A stretch of 63,444 nt of DNA, the filler included, from Callorhinchus milii (Eukaryota), in assembly GCF_018977255.1 (NCBI RefSeq). It is 16 parts of 12 records of this genome, joined end to end, with 100 filler letters (N's around TTAATTAATTAA, not from the genome) between each part and the next. Parts side by side here need not be neighbours in the genome. Positions count along the whole stretch, not along the records: positions 13,384 to 29,967 come from NW_024704764.1; 15 more parts are not named here. The stretch is one strand, 5' to 3'. The notes under the pieces are model-generated. The model did not search any database and was not told the DNA's origin. It saw only the letters and a program-made list of their open reading frames with translations. Below, one piece after another: positions 14,613 to 27,984 of the stretch. Each line of letters starts with the position of its first letter. Position 1 is the stretch's first letter. The position numbers were made by a program, and so were the translations under genes.

Positions 14613-17600
14613 GCAAACGTTGTCCTCTCTCTCTCTCCTCTCAGAATCTTTCGCCTTCTCTCTATTGCAACCTTTTCCGTCTGTCGCACTTTCTGTCTAT
14701 CACAATATTTCTCATTCTCACCATCACACTATCTCGCCATCGCAACGTTCTCCTTCTTTCTAACACACTTTCTCTCTCTTACAAGCTTTTCCCTCTCTAT
14801 CAGAATCTTTCTCCTTACCACACTCTCTCAATTACAATCTTTCTCTATCAGAACCTTTGTTCTCTCTATTACAACCTCTCTATCACACTTTCTCTCTATC
14901 GCAATCTTTCTCTTTCACACTTTCTTTCTCTGCATTCCAGTCTTTCTCCTTCTTTCTAACAACTTTCTCTCCCTCTCACTTTCTCACTCTATCGTACTTT
15001 ACCTCTGTATATTACAATCTTTCTCCTCTCTATTGCAATCTTTCTCCTGCCTATCACACTTTCTCTCTCTATTCCAATCTTTCTAACACACTTTCTCTCT
15101 TGTATTCTTTCTCCTCTCTATCACAATCTTTCTTCTCTTTCACACTTTCCCTCTCTATTCCAAACTTTCTCTTCTCTATCACATGTTCTCTCTATTGCAA
15201 TCTTTCTCCTCTCTATCATACTTTGTCTCTATTCCAATCCTTCTAACACACTTTCTCTCTCTATCGCTCTCCTCTCACCCAATTTTCCTCCTCTCACATT
15301 TCTTCTTTATCGCTATTTTTCTGCTTCACTCTATTAAACTTTCTCTCTTCACAATCTTTCTCCTTTCTAATACTTTCTGTCTATCAGAATTGATCTCTTT
15401 CTGTCACACTTTCTCTCTATTACAATCTTTGCCCTCAATCACTCTTTCTATCAGAATCTTTCTCCTCTATTACAACCTTCTCCATCTCTGTCACACTTTC
15501 TCTCTATCACACTTGCTCTCTCTATTACAAGCTTTTCCCTCTATCACATTATCCCTTTATCAGAATCTTTCTCCTTACCACTCTCTCTATTGCAAACTTT
15601 CTCTTCTCTATCACAATCTTTCTCCTCTTTGTTGCGATCACTCTCCACTATCAGAATCTTTGTCCTCTCTATTACAACCGTTTCCCTCTATCATACTTTC
15701 TCTCTCGCAACCTTTCTCCTTCTTTCTAACACACTTTCTCCCCTTCTCACGTTCTCACTATCATACTTTACCTCTGTATATTACAATCTTTTTCCTTCTC
15801 TATCAGACTTTCTCTCTATTGCAATCTTTCTTCTCTTTATCACACGTCCTCTCTCTCTATTCCAATCTTTCTAACACTTTCTCTCTATCACAATCTTTCT
15901 TCTCTTTCACACTTTCCTCTCTATTCCAAACTTTCTCTCTATTTTAATCTCTCTCCTCTGTATCACTCTTTCTATCACAATCTTCCTCCTCTGTTGCGAT
16001 CACTCTCCACTCTATCAGAATCTTTGTCCTCTCTATTACAACCGTTTCCCTCTCTATCACACTTTCTCTCAATCGTAATCTTTCTCCTTCTCTCTTTCAC
16101 TTTCTCTCTCTCTCTGCATTCCAATCTTTCTGTGTATCACAATATTTCTCCTTTCTAACACACTTTCTCTGTCACACTTGCTCTCTCTCGTGCAATCTTT
16201 TTCCTCTTTATCACACTTCCTCTCTATTGCAACCTTTCTCCTTCTGTCACACTTTTTCTGTATTGCAATCTTTCTCCTCTATCACACGTCCTCTCTCTCT
16301 ATTCCAATCTTTCTAACACACTTTCTCTCTATGGCATTCTTCTCTATCACACTTTCTCTCTATTTTAATCTCTCTCCTCTCTATCGCTCTTTCTCGTCTC
16401 TGTTACAACCTTTTCCATCTGTCACACTTTCTCTGTTACAAACTTTTCCCTCTTTCACTCTTTCTATCAGAATGTTTCTCCATCTCTCTATTACGCTTTC
16501 TTTCTATTGCAATCTTTCTGTTCTCTACCATACTTTGTGTCTCTATTCCAATCCTTCTAACACACTTTCTCTCTCTCTATCGCTCTCCTTCTCTCGCCCA
16601 ATTTTCCTCCTCTCTCACATTCCTTCTTCATCGCAATTTTTCTGCTTCTCTATTATACTTTCCCTCTCACCATCACAATCTTTCTAACACACTTTCTCTC
16701 TATCAGAATCGTTCTATTTCTCTCTATATTACAATCTTTGCCCTCTCTATCACTCTTTCTGTCAGAATCTTTCTCCTCTCTATTACAACCTTTTCCATCT
16801 CTGTCACACTTTCTCTCTATCAGAATCTTTCTCCTCTCTATCACACTTCTTCTGTTACTATCTTTCTTTCTATCACAATCTTTCTCCTCTCTATCACACT
16901 TCTTCTGTTACTATCTTTCTTTCTCTCTATCACAATCTTTCTCCCCTCTATCACATTTTTATTCTCTAATGCAATCCTCTCCATAATAATAATAATAATA
17001 CTTTGTCTCTTGTCTCTTGTCTCTCCCTATTACAAACGTTGTCCTCTGTCACTCCGATCAGAATTGTTCGCCTTCTCTCTATTACAACCTTTTCCGCCTC
17101 TGTCGCACTTTCTGTGTATCACAATATTTCATTCTCGCCATTGCAATAATTCTCCTTCTTTCTGAAATACTTTCTCTCTCACACTCGCTCTCTCTATTGC
17201 AATCTTTCTTCTCTCTTTCACAGTTCCTCTCTGTTGCAATCACTCTCCTCTCTATCAGAATCTTTGTTCTCTCTATTACAGCCTTTTCCCTGTCTATCAC
17301 ACTTTCTCTCTATCACAATTTTTCTTCTTTCTAACACTTTCTCCCCCTCTCACACTTTCTCACTATGGTACTTTGCCTCTGTATATTACAATCTTTCTCC
17401 TTAATCACTTTCTCTCTTGTGCAATCTTTCTCACTATTGCAATCTTTCTCCTATCAGACTTTCTCTCTATTGCAATCGTTCTCCTCTCTATCACACGTCT
17501 CTCTCTATTCCAATCTTTCTAACACACTTTCTCTCTATTCCAAACTTTCTCTTCTCTATCACACTTTCTATCAGAATCTTTCTCCTCTCTATTACAACCT

Positions 17601-18108
17601 TTTCCGTCTCTGTCACACTTTCTCTCAATCAGAATATTTCTCCTGTCACACTTTCTCTCTCTATCACTCTTTATCAGAATCTTTCTCCTCTATCACACTT
17701 TGTCTCTGTTGCAATCTTTCTCCTCTCTATTCCAATCCTCCTAACACGCACTCTCGCCCAATTTTCCTCTTCTCTCTCATATTTCTTCTTTAGCGCAATT
17801 TTTCTGCTTCTCTATTATACTTTCTCTCTCTCTATCACAATCTTTCTCCTTCTTTCTAACACACTTTCTCTCTCTATCACTTTCTCTATTGCAATCTTTC
17901 TCCTCTCTATCATACTTTGTCTCTCATAATTCCAATCTTTCTAACACACTTTCTCTCTCTATCGCAATCTTTCTCCTCTCTTTCAAACTTTCTCTATTAC
18001 AATCTTTCTCCTCTATATCACACTTTCTATCCAAATATTTCTCCTTCTCTCTTCCGCTATCTTCCGCCTCTCTAACACAGTTTCTCTCCTTTTCTCTATC
18101 ACAACCTT

Positions 18109-18430
18109 TAATAATAATAATGATCCTTGCATTTAATATTGCGCTTTTCACGTCGGGAGGACATCCCAAAGCGCTTCACAGAACACACTGTAAAGTGAAT
18201 TGACTGTATATTTGTGGGCGAATGTGGCAGCCAATTGCACAAAGCAATGTCCCACAAACCGTTGTAGATTGAAAATGACCAATTTATTATTGTTTTTGGT
18301 TTTGGAGGGATTATTATTAGGCTCTGTGTGGAGTAAGGAACCTTGCCCAAGGTTTCACCCTGCGTGGAATTGAACTCAGGTCTCTCACTTGCAAAGTGAA
18401 TGCTCTAACCACTGAGCTACAGGACTTTCT
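18109..18430 (-). mobile_element. Full-length tRNA-derived SINE (resembles the elephant shark SINE2-1_CM type)
   Basis: Minus strand reads GTAGCTCAGTGGTTAGAGC (A box)...GAGTTCAATTCC (B box), then body, an L2-like tail and (ATT)n. Family name is from recall. Confidence 0.88.
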
Positions 18431-18592
18431 CCTCTCTATCACACTTTCTCTCTATTGCAATCTTTCTCCTCTCACACCTATTAGTGCTTGTGATCTGATT
18501 TGATGGTGTGTTTGATAGTGTCTCTGAAGCATTCAATAGGAAATTCTAGGTAAGTGTGAATGCTCTAAAGTAATGAATGTAAACACTAGGGG

Positions 18593-18793
18593 CTAATAAT
18601 CCCTCCAAAACATAAATAAATTGGTCATTTTTAATCTACGACTGTTTGTGGGACATTGCTGTGCGCAATTGGCTGCCGCGTTTGCCCACAAATATACAGT
18701 CAATTTCACTTTATAGTGTGTTCTGTGAAGTGCTTTGGGACGTCCTCCCGACGTGAAAAGCGCTATATCAAAATGCAAGGATTATTATTATTA
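18593..18793 (+). mobile_element. 5'-truncated copy of the same SINE
   Basis: Body GCTGTGCGCAATTGGCTGCCGCG and tail GGGACGTCCTCCCGACGTGAAAAGCGCTATATCAAATGCAAGG(ATT)n. Confidence 0.88.
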
Positions 18794-19030
18794 TGTAAAT
18801 CTATCTGTATTATCTGCTTCAATTACTACTTACGGGAGTGAGTTCCACATAGTGCTGCCCTCTCTCTGAAGAAGTTCCTTCTAAATTCTCATTTCAATCC
18901 TCCAGTCACTATCTTATACTCGTATTTCTATGTGAAGTCTCAGTCAGAAGTAGGAACTACCTGTTTGAGCTGTGACACCATGTTGTATTGGTGTCACTTG
19001 TGGAAATGTATTCAGTCCTGCAGCTCAGGT

Positions 19031-19216
19031 GGGGAGTACTGTAACTCAGTGGTTAGAGCACTCGCTTTGCAAGCTGAGACCTGAGTTCAATTCCAGGCAG
19101 AGGGCGAAACCTTGGGCAAGTTTCCTTACTCCACACAGAGCCTAATAAAATTCCCTCCAAAAACCCCAAACAATAATAAATTGGTCATTTTCAATCTACG
19201 ACTGTTTGTGGGACGC
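19031..19216 (+). mobile_element. 3'-truncated copy of the same SINE (tRNA-like head)
   Basis: GTAACTCAGTGGTTAGAGCACTCGCTTTGCAAG...GAGTTCAATTCCAGG followed by SINE body. Confidence 0.87.
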
Positions 19217-22200
19217 AATGTTTCTCCTTCTTTCTAACACACTTTCTCTCTATCACACTCGCTCTTTCCATTGCAAGCTTTTTCCTCTCTATCACACTTT
19301 CTCTCTATCAGAATATTTCTCTTTACCACACTCTCTCAATTGCAATCTTTCTCCTCTGTTGCAATCACTCTCCTCTCTTTCAGAATCTTTGTCCTCTCTC
19401 TTACAGCCTTTTTCTCCTTTCTAACACACTTTCTCTCCCTATCACACTTTCTCACTATTGTAATTTACCTCTGTATATTACAATCTTACCGCACTCTCTC
19501 TCTATTGCAAACTTTCTCCCTCTCTATTCCAATCTTTTTAACACACTTTCTCTTTATCATATTCTTTCTCCTATTTCACACTTTCTCTATCACAATCTTT
19601 CTTCTCTCTTTCACACTTTCCCTCTCTATTCCAAACTCTCTTTTCTATCACACTTTCTCCCTTTTAATCTCTGTCCTCTCCATCACTCTTTCCATTAGAA
19701 TCTTTCTCCTCTCTATTACAATCTTTTCCGTTTCTGTCACACTCCCTCTCTCTACGTTTCCCTCTGTATCACTCATTCTATCAGAAACTTTCTCTTTTCT
19801 GTTACACTTTCTCTCTATTGCAATCTTTCTGCTCTCTACCATACTTTGTCTCTCTCTATTCTAATCCTTCTGACACACTTTCTCTCTCTATCGCTCCTTC
19901 TCTCACCCAATTTTTCTCCTCTCACATTTCTTCTTTATCGCAATTTTTCTGATCTCTATTATACTTTCTCTCTCTGTCACAATCTTTCTCCTCTCTATCA
20001 CTTTTTCTCACTATTGCAATCTTTCTCCTTCCCTGTCACTCTCTGTCTATTGCAATCTTTCTCCTCTGTCACACTCTCTCTCTCTATTCCAATCTTTATA
20101 ATGCATTCTTTCTCCTCTCTATTGCAATCTTTCTTCTCTCTTTAACACTTTCCCTCTCTATTCCAAACTTTCTCTTCTCTGTCACACTTTCTATTTTAAT
20201 CTCTCTCCTCTCTATCACGGTTTCCATCAGAAACTTTCTCCTCTATTACAACCTTTTCTGTCACACTTTCTCTCTCTATTGCATACTTTTCCCTCTATCA
20301 GAATCGTTCTCCTTTCTGTTACACTTACTCTCTCTTGCAATCTTTCTCCACTCTATCATAATTTGTCTCTCTGTTCCAATCCTTCTAACACACTCTCACT
20401 CAATCGCTCTCCTTTTCTCGCCCAATTTTCCTCCTCTAACATTTCTTCTTTATCGCAATTCTTCTCTTTATTACACTTTCTCTCTATCACAATCCTTCTA
20501 CTTCTTTCTAACACACATTCTCTCTTTCAGATTCGTTCTCTTTCTATCACACTTTCTCTCTCTTGCAATCTTTCTCCTCTCTATCCCACTTTCACTCTTG
20601 TGCATTCTTTCTCCTTTTCTCTATCACAATCATTCTCCTCTCGATCACACTGTAACTCTCTAATGCACTCTTTCTCCTTCTCTCCATCATACTTTGTCTC
20701 TCTCTATTACAAACGTTGCCCTCTCTCACTCCTATCAGAATCTTTCGCCTTCTCTCTATTACAACGTTTTCCGTCTCTGTTGCACTTTCTGTGTATCACA
20801 ATACTTCTCATTCTCACCATCGCAATGTTTCTCCTTCTTTCTATCACACTTGCTCTCTCTATTACAAGCTTTTCTCTCTCTGTCAGAATATTTCTCCTTA
20901 CCACACTCTCTCTCTATTGCAATCTTTCTCTTCTTTATCACACTTTCTCTCTATCACAATCTTTCTCACTATTGCAATTTTTCTCCTTCTCTGTCTATTG
21001 CAATCTTTCTCTTTCTCCATATCACACTCTCTCTATTGCCATCTTTCTCCTCTCTATCACACTTTCTCGCTCTATTGCAATCTTTCTTCTCTCTTTCACA
21101 CTTTCCCTTTCTATTCCAAACTTTCTCTTCTCTATCACACTTTCTCTCTATTTTAATCTGTATTCCAATCTATTACAACCTTTTCCCTCTCTATCACACT
21201 TTCTTTCTCACTATTACAATCTTTCTCCTCTCTATCACACTTTGTCTCTCTCTATTCCAGTTCTAACACTCCCTCTCTCTATCACAATATTTCTCCTTCT
21301 TTCTAACACAATTTCTCTCTATCGGAATCTTTCTTTTTCTCTATCACACTTTCTCTCTCTATTGCAATCTTTGCCCACTCTATCACTCTTTCTATCAGAA
21401 TATTTCTCCTCTCTATTACAACTTTTTCCCTCTCTTTCACACTTTCTCTCTATTGCAATCTTTCTCCTTCTCTATCCCACTTTCGTTTTCACACTTTCTG
21501 TCTATTGCAATCTTTCTCCTTTTGTCTATCATACTTTCTCTCACTCTATTCCAATCTTTCTAACACACTCTCTCTCTGTCACATTCTTTCTCCTCTGTGT
21601 TGCAATCTTTCTTCTCTTTCGCACTTTCCCTCCCTATTCCAAACTTTCTCTTCTTTTTTGCACATTCTCTCCATTTTAGTCTCTCACCTCTATCCTTCTA
21701 TCAGAATCTTTCTCCTGTCTATTACAACCTTTGCCCTCTCTATCACTTTCTCTCTGTTACAAACTTTTCCCTCTCCATTACTCTTTCTATTAGAATATTT
21801 CTCCTTCTCTATCATACTTTGTCTCTCTCTATTCCAATCCTTCTAACACACTTTCTCTCTATCGCTCTCCTTCTGTCACCCAATTTTCCTCTCATTTCTT
21901 CTTTATCATAATTTTTCTGCTTCTCTCTATTATACTTTCTCCTTCTTTCTATCACACTTTCTCTCTCTATCAGAATCGTTCTCTTTCTCTCTCACTTTCT
22001 TTCTGTTACAACATTTTCCGTCTATGTCACACTTTCTATCAGAATATTTCTCCTCCGTCACACTTTCTCTCTGTTACAGACTTGTCCCTCTCTATCACTC
22101 TTTCTATCAGAATCTTTCTCCTCTCTATAACAACCTTTTCCGTCTCTGTCACTCTTTCTGTCAGAATGTTTCTCCTCTCCATTACACTTTCTCTCTATTG

Positions 22201-25200
22201 CAATCTTTCTCCTCTTCGTCACACTCTCTGTATATTGCAATGTTTCTCATCTCTATCACACTCTCTCTCTCACACTTTCTCTCTTTCACATTCTTTCTCT
22301 CTCCATCACAATCTTTCTTCTCTATTCAAAACTTTCTCTTCTGTCACACGTTCTCTCTATTTTAATCTCTCTCCTCAATATCACTCTTTCTATCAGAATC
22401 TTTCTCCTTCTCTGTCACACATTCTCTCTACCGCAATCTTTCTCTTTATCACAATTGCAATCTTTCTCCTCTCTATCACACTCTCTCTCTATTGCCATCT
22501 TTCTTCTTCTGTATCATACACTCTCTATCGCAATCTTTCTCCTCTCTCTCACACTTTCTCTCTCTGTATTCCAATCTTTCTCCTTCTTTCTAACACACTT
22601 TCGCTCCCTCACACTTTCTCACTCTATCGTACTTTACCTCTGTATATTACAATCTTTCTCCTCTCTATCACTTTCTCTTTATCACAATCTTTCTTCACAC
22701 TTTCTCTCTGTATTCCAAACTTTCTCTTCTCTATCGCACTTTCTCTCTTTTCATTTCTCTCCTCTCTATCACTCTCTCTATCAGAATCTTTCTCCTCTAT
22801 TAAAAATTTTTTGCGACTCTGTCACACTTTCTCTCTATCAGAATCTTTCTCCTCGGTCACACCTTCTCTCCATCACACCTTCTCTCTCCATTACAAACTT
22901 TTCCCTCTATCACTCTTTCTATCAGAATCTTTCTCCTTCTCTCTATCACGCTCTCTCTATTGCAATCTTTATGCTCTCTATCACACTTTCTCTCTCTCTA
23001 TTCCAATCCTTCTAACACTCGCTCTCCTTCTGTCGCCCAATTTTCTTCCTCTCACATTTCTTTATCCAATTTTTTTGCTTCTCGCTATTACACTTTCTCT
23101 CTCTCTATCACAATCTTTCTCCTTCTTTCTAACACTTTCTCTCTTTATCAGAATCGTTCTCTTTCTCTCTATTAAATCTTTGCCCTCTCTATCACTCTTT
23201 CTATCAGAATCTTTCTCCTCTTCATTACATCCTTTCCCGTCTCTGTCACAATTTCTCTCTTTCAGAATCTTTCTCCTTCTCTCCATCATACTTTGTCTCT
23301 CTCTATTACAAACGTTGCCCTCTCTCACTCCTATCAGAATCTTTCGCCTTCTCTCTATTACAACCTTTTCCATCTCTGTTGCACATTCTGTGTATCACAA
23401 TATTTCTCCTTTTCACCATCGCAGTGTTTCTCCTTTCTAACACACTTTCTCTCTATCACACTTGCTCTCTATTACAAGTTTTTCCCTCTCTTTCACACTT
23501 TCTCTCTCTCTATTCCAATCTTTCTCCTTTCTCACACACTTTCTCACTCTGTCGTACTTTACCTCTGTATATTACAATCTTTCTCCTTCTCTCTATCGCA
23601 CTTTCTCTCCACTTTAGTCTCTCTCCTCTCTATCACTCTCTATCAGAATCTTTCTCCTCTCTATTAAAAAACTTTTGCGACTCTGTCACACTTTCTCTCT
23701 ATCAGAATCTTTCTCCTCTCTGTCACACCTTCTCTCCATCACACCTTCTCTCTCCATTACAAACTTTTCCCTCTATCACTCTTTCTATCAGAATCTTTCT
23801 CCTCTCTATCACACTCTCTCCCTATTGCAATCTTTCTGCTCTCTATCACACTTTCTCTCTCTCTATTCCAATCCTTCTAACTCTCTCTATCGCTCTCCTT
23901 CTGTCGCCCAATTTTCCTCCTCACATTTCTTTATCCAATTTTTCTGCTTCTCGCTATTACACTTTCTCTCTCTCTATCACAATCTTTCTCCTTCTTTCTA
24001 ACACTTTCTCTCTCTATCAGAATCGTTCTCTTTCTCTCTATTAAATCTTTGCCCTCTCTATCACTCTTTCTATCAGAATCTTTCTCCTCTTCATTACATC
24101 CTTTCCCGTCTCTGTCACAATTTCTCGCTATCAGAATCTTTCTCCTTCTCTCCATCATACTTTGTCTCTCTCTATTACAAGCGTTGCCCTCTCTCACTCC
24201 TATCAGAATCTTTCGCCTTCTCTCTATTACAACCTTTTCCATCTCTGTTGCACATTCTGTGTATCCCAATATTTCTCCTTTTCACCATCGCAGTGTTTCT
24301 CCTTCTTTCTAACACACTTTCTCTCTATCAGACTTGCTCTCTATTACAAGTTTTTCCCTCTCTTTCACACTTTCTCTCTCTCTATTCCAATCTTTCTCCT
24401 TTCTCACACACTTTCTCACTCTGTCGTACTTTACCTCTCTATATTACAATCTTTCTCCTTCTCTCTATCGCACTTTCTCTCCATTTTAGTCTCTCTCCTC
24501 TCTATCACTCTTTATCAGAATCTTTCTCCTCTCTATAACAACCTTTGCGCTCTCTGTCACACTTTCTCTCTCTGTTACAAACGTTTCCCTCTTACTCTTT
24601 CTATCAGAATCTTTCTCCTTCTCTCTATCACACTTTGTCTCTCTCTATTCCAATCCTTCTAGCACTCTCTCTATCGCTCTCCTTCTGTCGCCCAATTTTC
24701 CTCCTCTCTCACATTTCTTCTTTATCACAATTTTTCTGCTTCTCTATTATACTTTCTCTCTCTCTCTCTATCACAATCTTTCTCCTTTTTTCTAGCACAC
24801 TGTCTGTTGCAATCTTTCTCCTCTCTATCACACTTTCTCTCTATCACAATCTTACTTCCCTCTTTCACACTTTCCCTCTATTCAAAACTTTCTCGTCTCT
24901 GTCACACTTTCTCTCTATTTTAATCTCTCTCCTCTCTGACTCTTTCTATCAGAATCTTTCTCCTCTCTATCACACTTTCTCTCTATCGCATTCTTTCTCT
25001 TCTCTATCACACTTTCTCTCTCTGCATTGCAATCTTTCTCCTTCTTTAACACACTTTCTCTCCCGATCACACTTTGTCTTTATTGCAATCTTGCTCCTTC
25101 TCCATCACACTCTCTCTCTATCACAATCTTTCTTCTCTCTTTCACACTTTCCCTCTATTCCAATCTTTCTCTTTTCTATCACACTTTCTCTCTATTTTAA

Positions 25201-26399
25201 TCTCTGTCCTCTATCACTCTTTCTATCAGAATCTTTCTCCCGTCTATTGCACTTTGTCTCTCTCTATTCCAATCCTTCTAACACACTTTCTCTCTCTGTC
25301 GCTCTCCTTCTGTCACCCAATTTTCCTCCTCTCTCTCTCATTTCTTCTTTATCCAATTTTTCTGCGTCGCACTATTATGCTTTCTCTCTCTATCAGAATC
25401 GTTCTCTTTCTGTGTCACACTTTCTCTCTATTGCAATCTTTCTCCTTCTGTGTCACACTTTCTTTGCAATCTTTTACCTTCTCTTTCACACTTTCTCTCT
25501 ATCGCAACCTTTCTCCTTCTGTATCCCGATTTTCCTCCTCTCTCACATTTCCTTTTTTTCAACTTTTTTCCTTCTCTCTGTAACAATTGCTCTGTATTTG
25601 TTGCAAGCTTTCTCCTTTTCCCTTTCACACTTTCTCTCCCTCTATCACAATCTTTCTCTTTCTTTCTATCGCACTGTCTCTCTCTAATGCAATCTTTCTG
25701 CTCTCTATCGTACTTTGTCTCTCTCTATTCGAATCTTTCTCCTTTTTTCTAACACACCTTCACTCTATCACATTTTCTCTCTCTATTACAACCTTTTCCC
25801 TCTCTATCACTCCTTACCGCACTCTCTCTCTGTTCCAATCTTTGTCCTCTCTTTCACACACTCTCTCTCTCTTTATTTCAATCTTTCTCCTTCTTTTGAG
25901 TACAATCTTTCTCCTTCTCTATCACACTTTCTCTGTCACAATCTTTTTCCTTCTCTATCACATGTTCTCTATCAGACTTTCTCTCTACTGCCATCTCTCT
26001 CCTCTCTATCACACTTTCTGTTTACCAGAATCGTTCTTCTCTCTATTGCAATCATTCTTCTCTCTATGATACTTTGTCCCTCTCTATTCCAATCTTTCTA
26101 ACACACTTTCTCTCTCTATCGCAGTTTCTCTTTCTCTCTTTCACACTTTCTCTCTCTATTCCAATCTTTCTAACACACTATCTCTCTCTATCACAACCTT
26201 TCTCCTTTTGTCTATCACACCTTCTGTCTATTACATCTTCTCTCCATTGCAATCTTTCTCCTTTTTTCTCATACCTTTTAGTGTTCGTGATCTGATTTGA
26301 TGGTGTGTTTGATGGTGTCTCTGAAGCATTCAATAGGAAATTCTAGAAAAAGGTAAATGCTCTAAAGTAATGAATATAAACCCTGTGAATTCTCTGAAC

Positions 26400-26690
26400 C
26401 ATCCAATAGCCAACAGCCCATGTGATGATACTGACCGTTTCAGCTGTGAAGGGAGGACTTTCAACTGGACCTCGTGAGGAATGTGGTTCGCTCATTGGCC
26501 ACATGTCAAACCTGAACCTTCGGGTATTTAACCCGGAGGCTGAGCTTAGTCAAACCATTGGAGGAAGGAGTCAGCTCAGAGAGAGCAGATGAGTTGGTGG
26601 AGGCTTGTGGTTCAGAGCAGTGAAATAGTCAGTTTGCATGTGGTGGAGCTTGGCTCAGGCTGGTCTTTCTATGGACTACATCAGGTAAGT
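26400..26690 (+). promoter_or_regulatory. Possible Pol II promoter and first exon of an unidentified transcript
   Basis: CCAAT 26403, ATTGG 26494, TATTTAA 26525, consensus donor CAG|GTAAGT at 26684/26685. Motif evidence only. Confidence 0.3.
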
Positions 26691-26879
26691 CTGTATTTGT
26701 GGGAACTTTCTGGTGGGCTGTAAATTGGTAGTAATGTTTGTGAAGGGAAATTGTCCAAATTTTGGTGTTGTCAGCCCTGTGAGCTTCAGAGACGTTATCA
26801 CTGTCCACCTGCTCTCTATATAAATTGTCAGCAACTCTTGGTCAGTTTAGCTTCTCCTTTTATTGTGTAATTTATTTCA

Positions 26880-27220
26880 AAAGCCAATTGCAGTTTTGTT
26901 TCTGTCAAGAGTCTGTAGACAACTCCTACCAGAGTCTTTCCTCCTTTACTGTTCTTTAATTCTACCCATAGTGTTTCCACAGCCTGATCACCTTTACTAA
27001 AGTCTTTTCTATCTACTGGTGTACTTGAGTATTATCCATATTGCTCTTTACCAATTTCCTTATCCTTTCTGAAGATCTTACAGCCTGGAATATTTAGCTC
27101 CCAGTAATTTCTGGCTTGTAGACAGGTTTCTGAAATGGCTACGACATTAGACCCTTTAAGCTGACTTTGTTTTTAACTTGTTTTATTTTTATATTATGTG
27201 TATTTGTCACAGGCACTTAT
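26880..27220 (-). mobile_element. Decayed CR1-type LINE ORF2 fragment, AP-endonuclease domain
   Basis: Minus-strand translation NVVAISETCLQARNYWELNIPGCKIFRKDKEI followed by VGVVYR, matching the LINE endonuclease pattern (ITETWL...IPGY..FRKDR...GV.YRPP). Confidence 0.78.
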
Positions 27221-27614
27221 TGGGGTAACTCTCCTCACTTGCCTATATGCCCAATGGTGTTTTTGTTTGCTTTTTAGTTTTTTTTCTTAAACTGTTTATC
27301 TTTCTGGAGAAACTCAGTTATTTATCACTTTTTGTTTTCTCACCTTTGAACTTCAAAGACCTTGTTGCCATCCATCTATTTAATGGCGATTGTAAATAAC
27401 TCTTGAACAGTCTGTCTTCTTTTTATTGTCTAACTCGTCTCAGAGATGATGATGGCAGAATCGTTATGTAGAATTATTATTTTGCAGTGTTAGTGTTTAA
27501 ATCATCATCTAGATTTTGGTCAAAGATGTCCAACTAGGAATTGTTTGGAGATGAGATGCAGCTGAAAACCGTGGGAGATGTAAGTAATTAATGGGCTGAG
27601 CTCAGTTGCTCGGT

Positions 27615-27922
27615 GGAATCCTCTAGTTCAGTGGTTAGAGCGCCACACTTGCAAGTGAGACACCTGGGTTCAATTCCAGGCAGGGTGAAATCTTGGATAA
27701 GTTTCCGTACTCCACACGCCTAATAATAATTGCTCCAAAAAACAAAACAATAATAAATTGGTCATTTTCTATCCACGACTGTTTGTGGGACGCTGCTATG
27801 CGCAATTGGCTGCTGCGTTTCCCCACAAATAAATAGTCGATTCGCTTTATGGTCCATTCTGTGAAGTGCTTTGAGACGTCAGACATGATAAGCGGTATAT
27901 CAAATGCAAGGTTATTATTATT
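27615..27922 (+). mobile_element. Full-length diverged tRNA-derived SINE
   Basis: A/B-box head (TAGTTCAGTGGTTAGAGC...GGGTTCAATTCC), body and CAAATGCAAGG(TTA)n tail. Confidence 0.87.
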
Positions 27923-27984
27923 GTCACTGGAAGCTAAGTCTGTACTAATGAGAACCAAAAACTGTCGACTGAAACCAATGCCCT

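Larger units (their letters stand above)
13384..26270. repeat. Complex pyrimidine-rich satellite with higher-order structure, interrupted by SINE/LINE fragments
   Basis: Built from related ~18-22 nt monomers (TATCACACTTTCTCTCTC, TATTGCAATCTTTCTCCTC, TATCAGAATCTTTCTCC, TATTCCAATCTTTCTAACAC, TATTACAACCTTTTCC). Longer blocks recur at ~13408, 14452, 16967, 20660 and 25684. Confidence 0.9.

Noticed and set aside
19031..19100. tRNA gene (similar heads at ~18350-18430 and ~27615-27680)
   Set aside because: A/B boxes continue into SINE body without a proper acceptor stem, so these are SINE heads.
13411..26295. Many Leu/Ser/Phe-rich ORFs up to 466 aa that look like membrane proteins
   Set aside because: A result of pyrimidine bias in the satellite: they overlap in all frames and have no domain.
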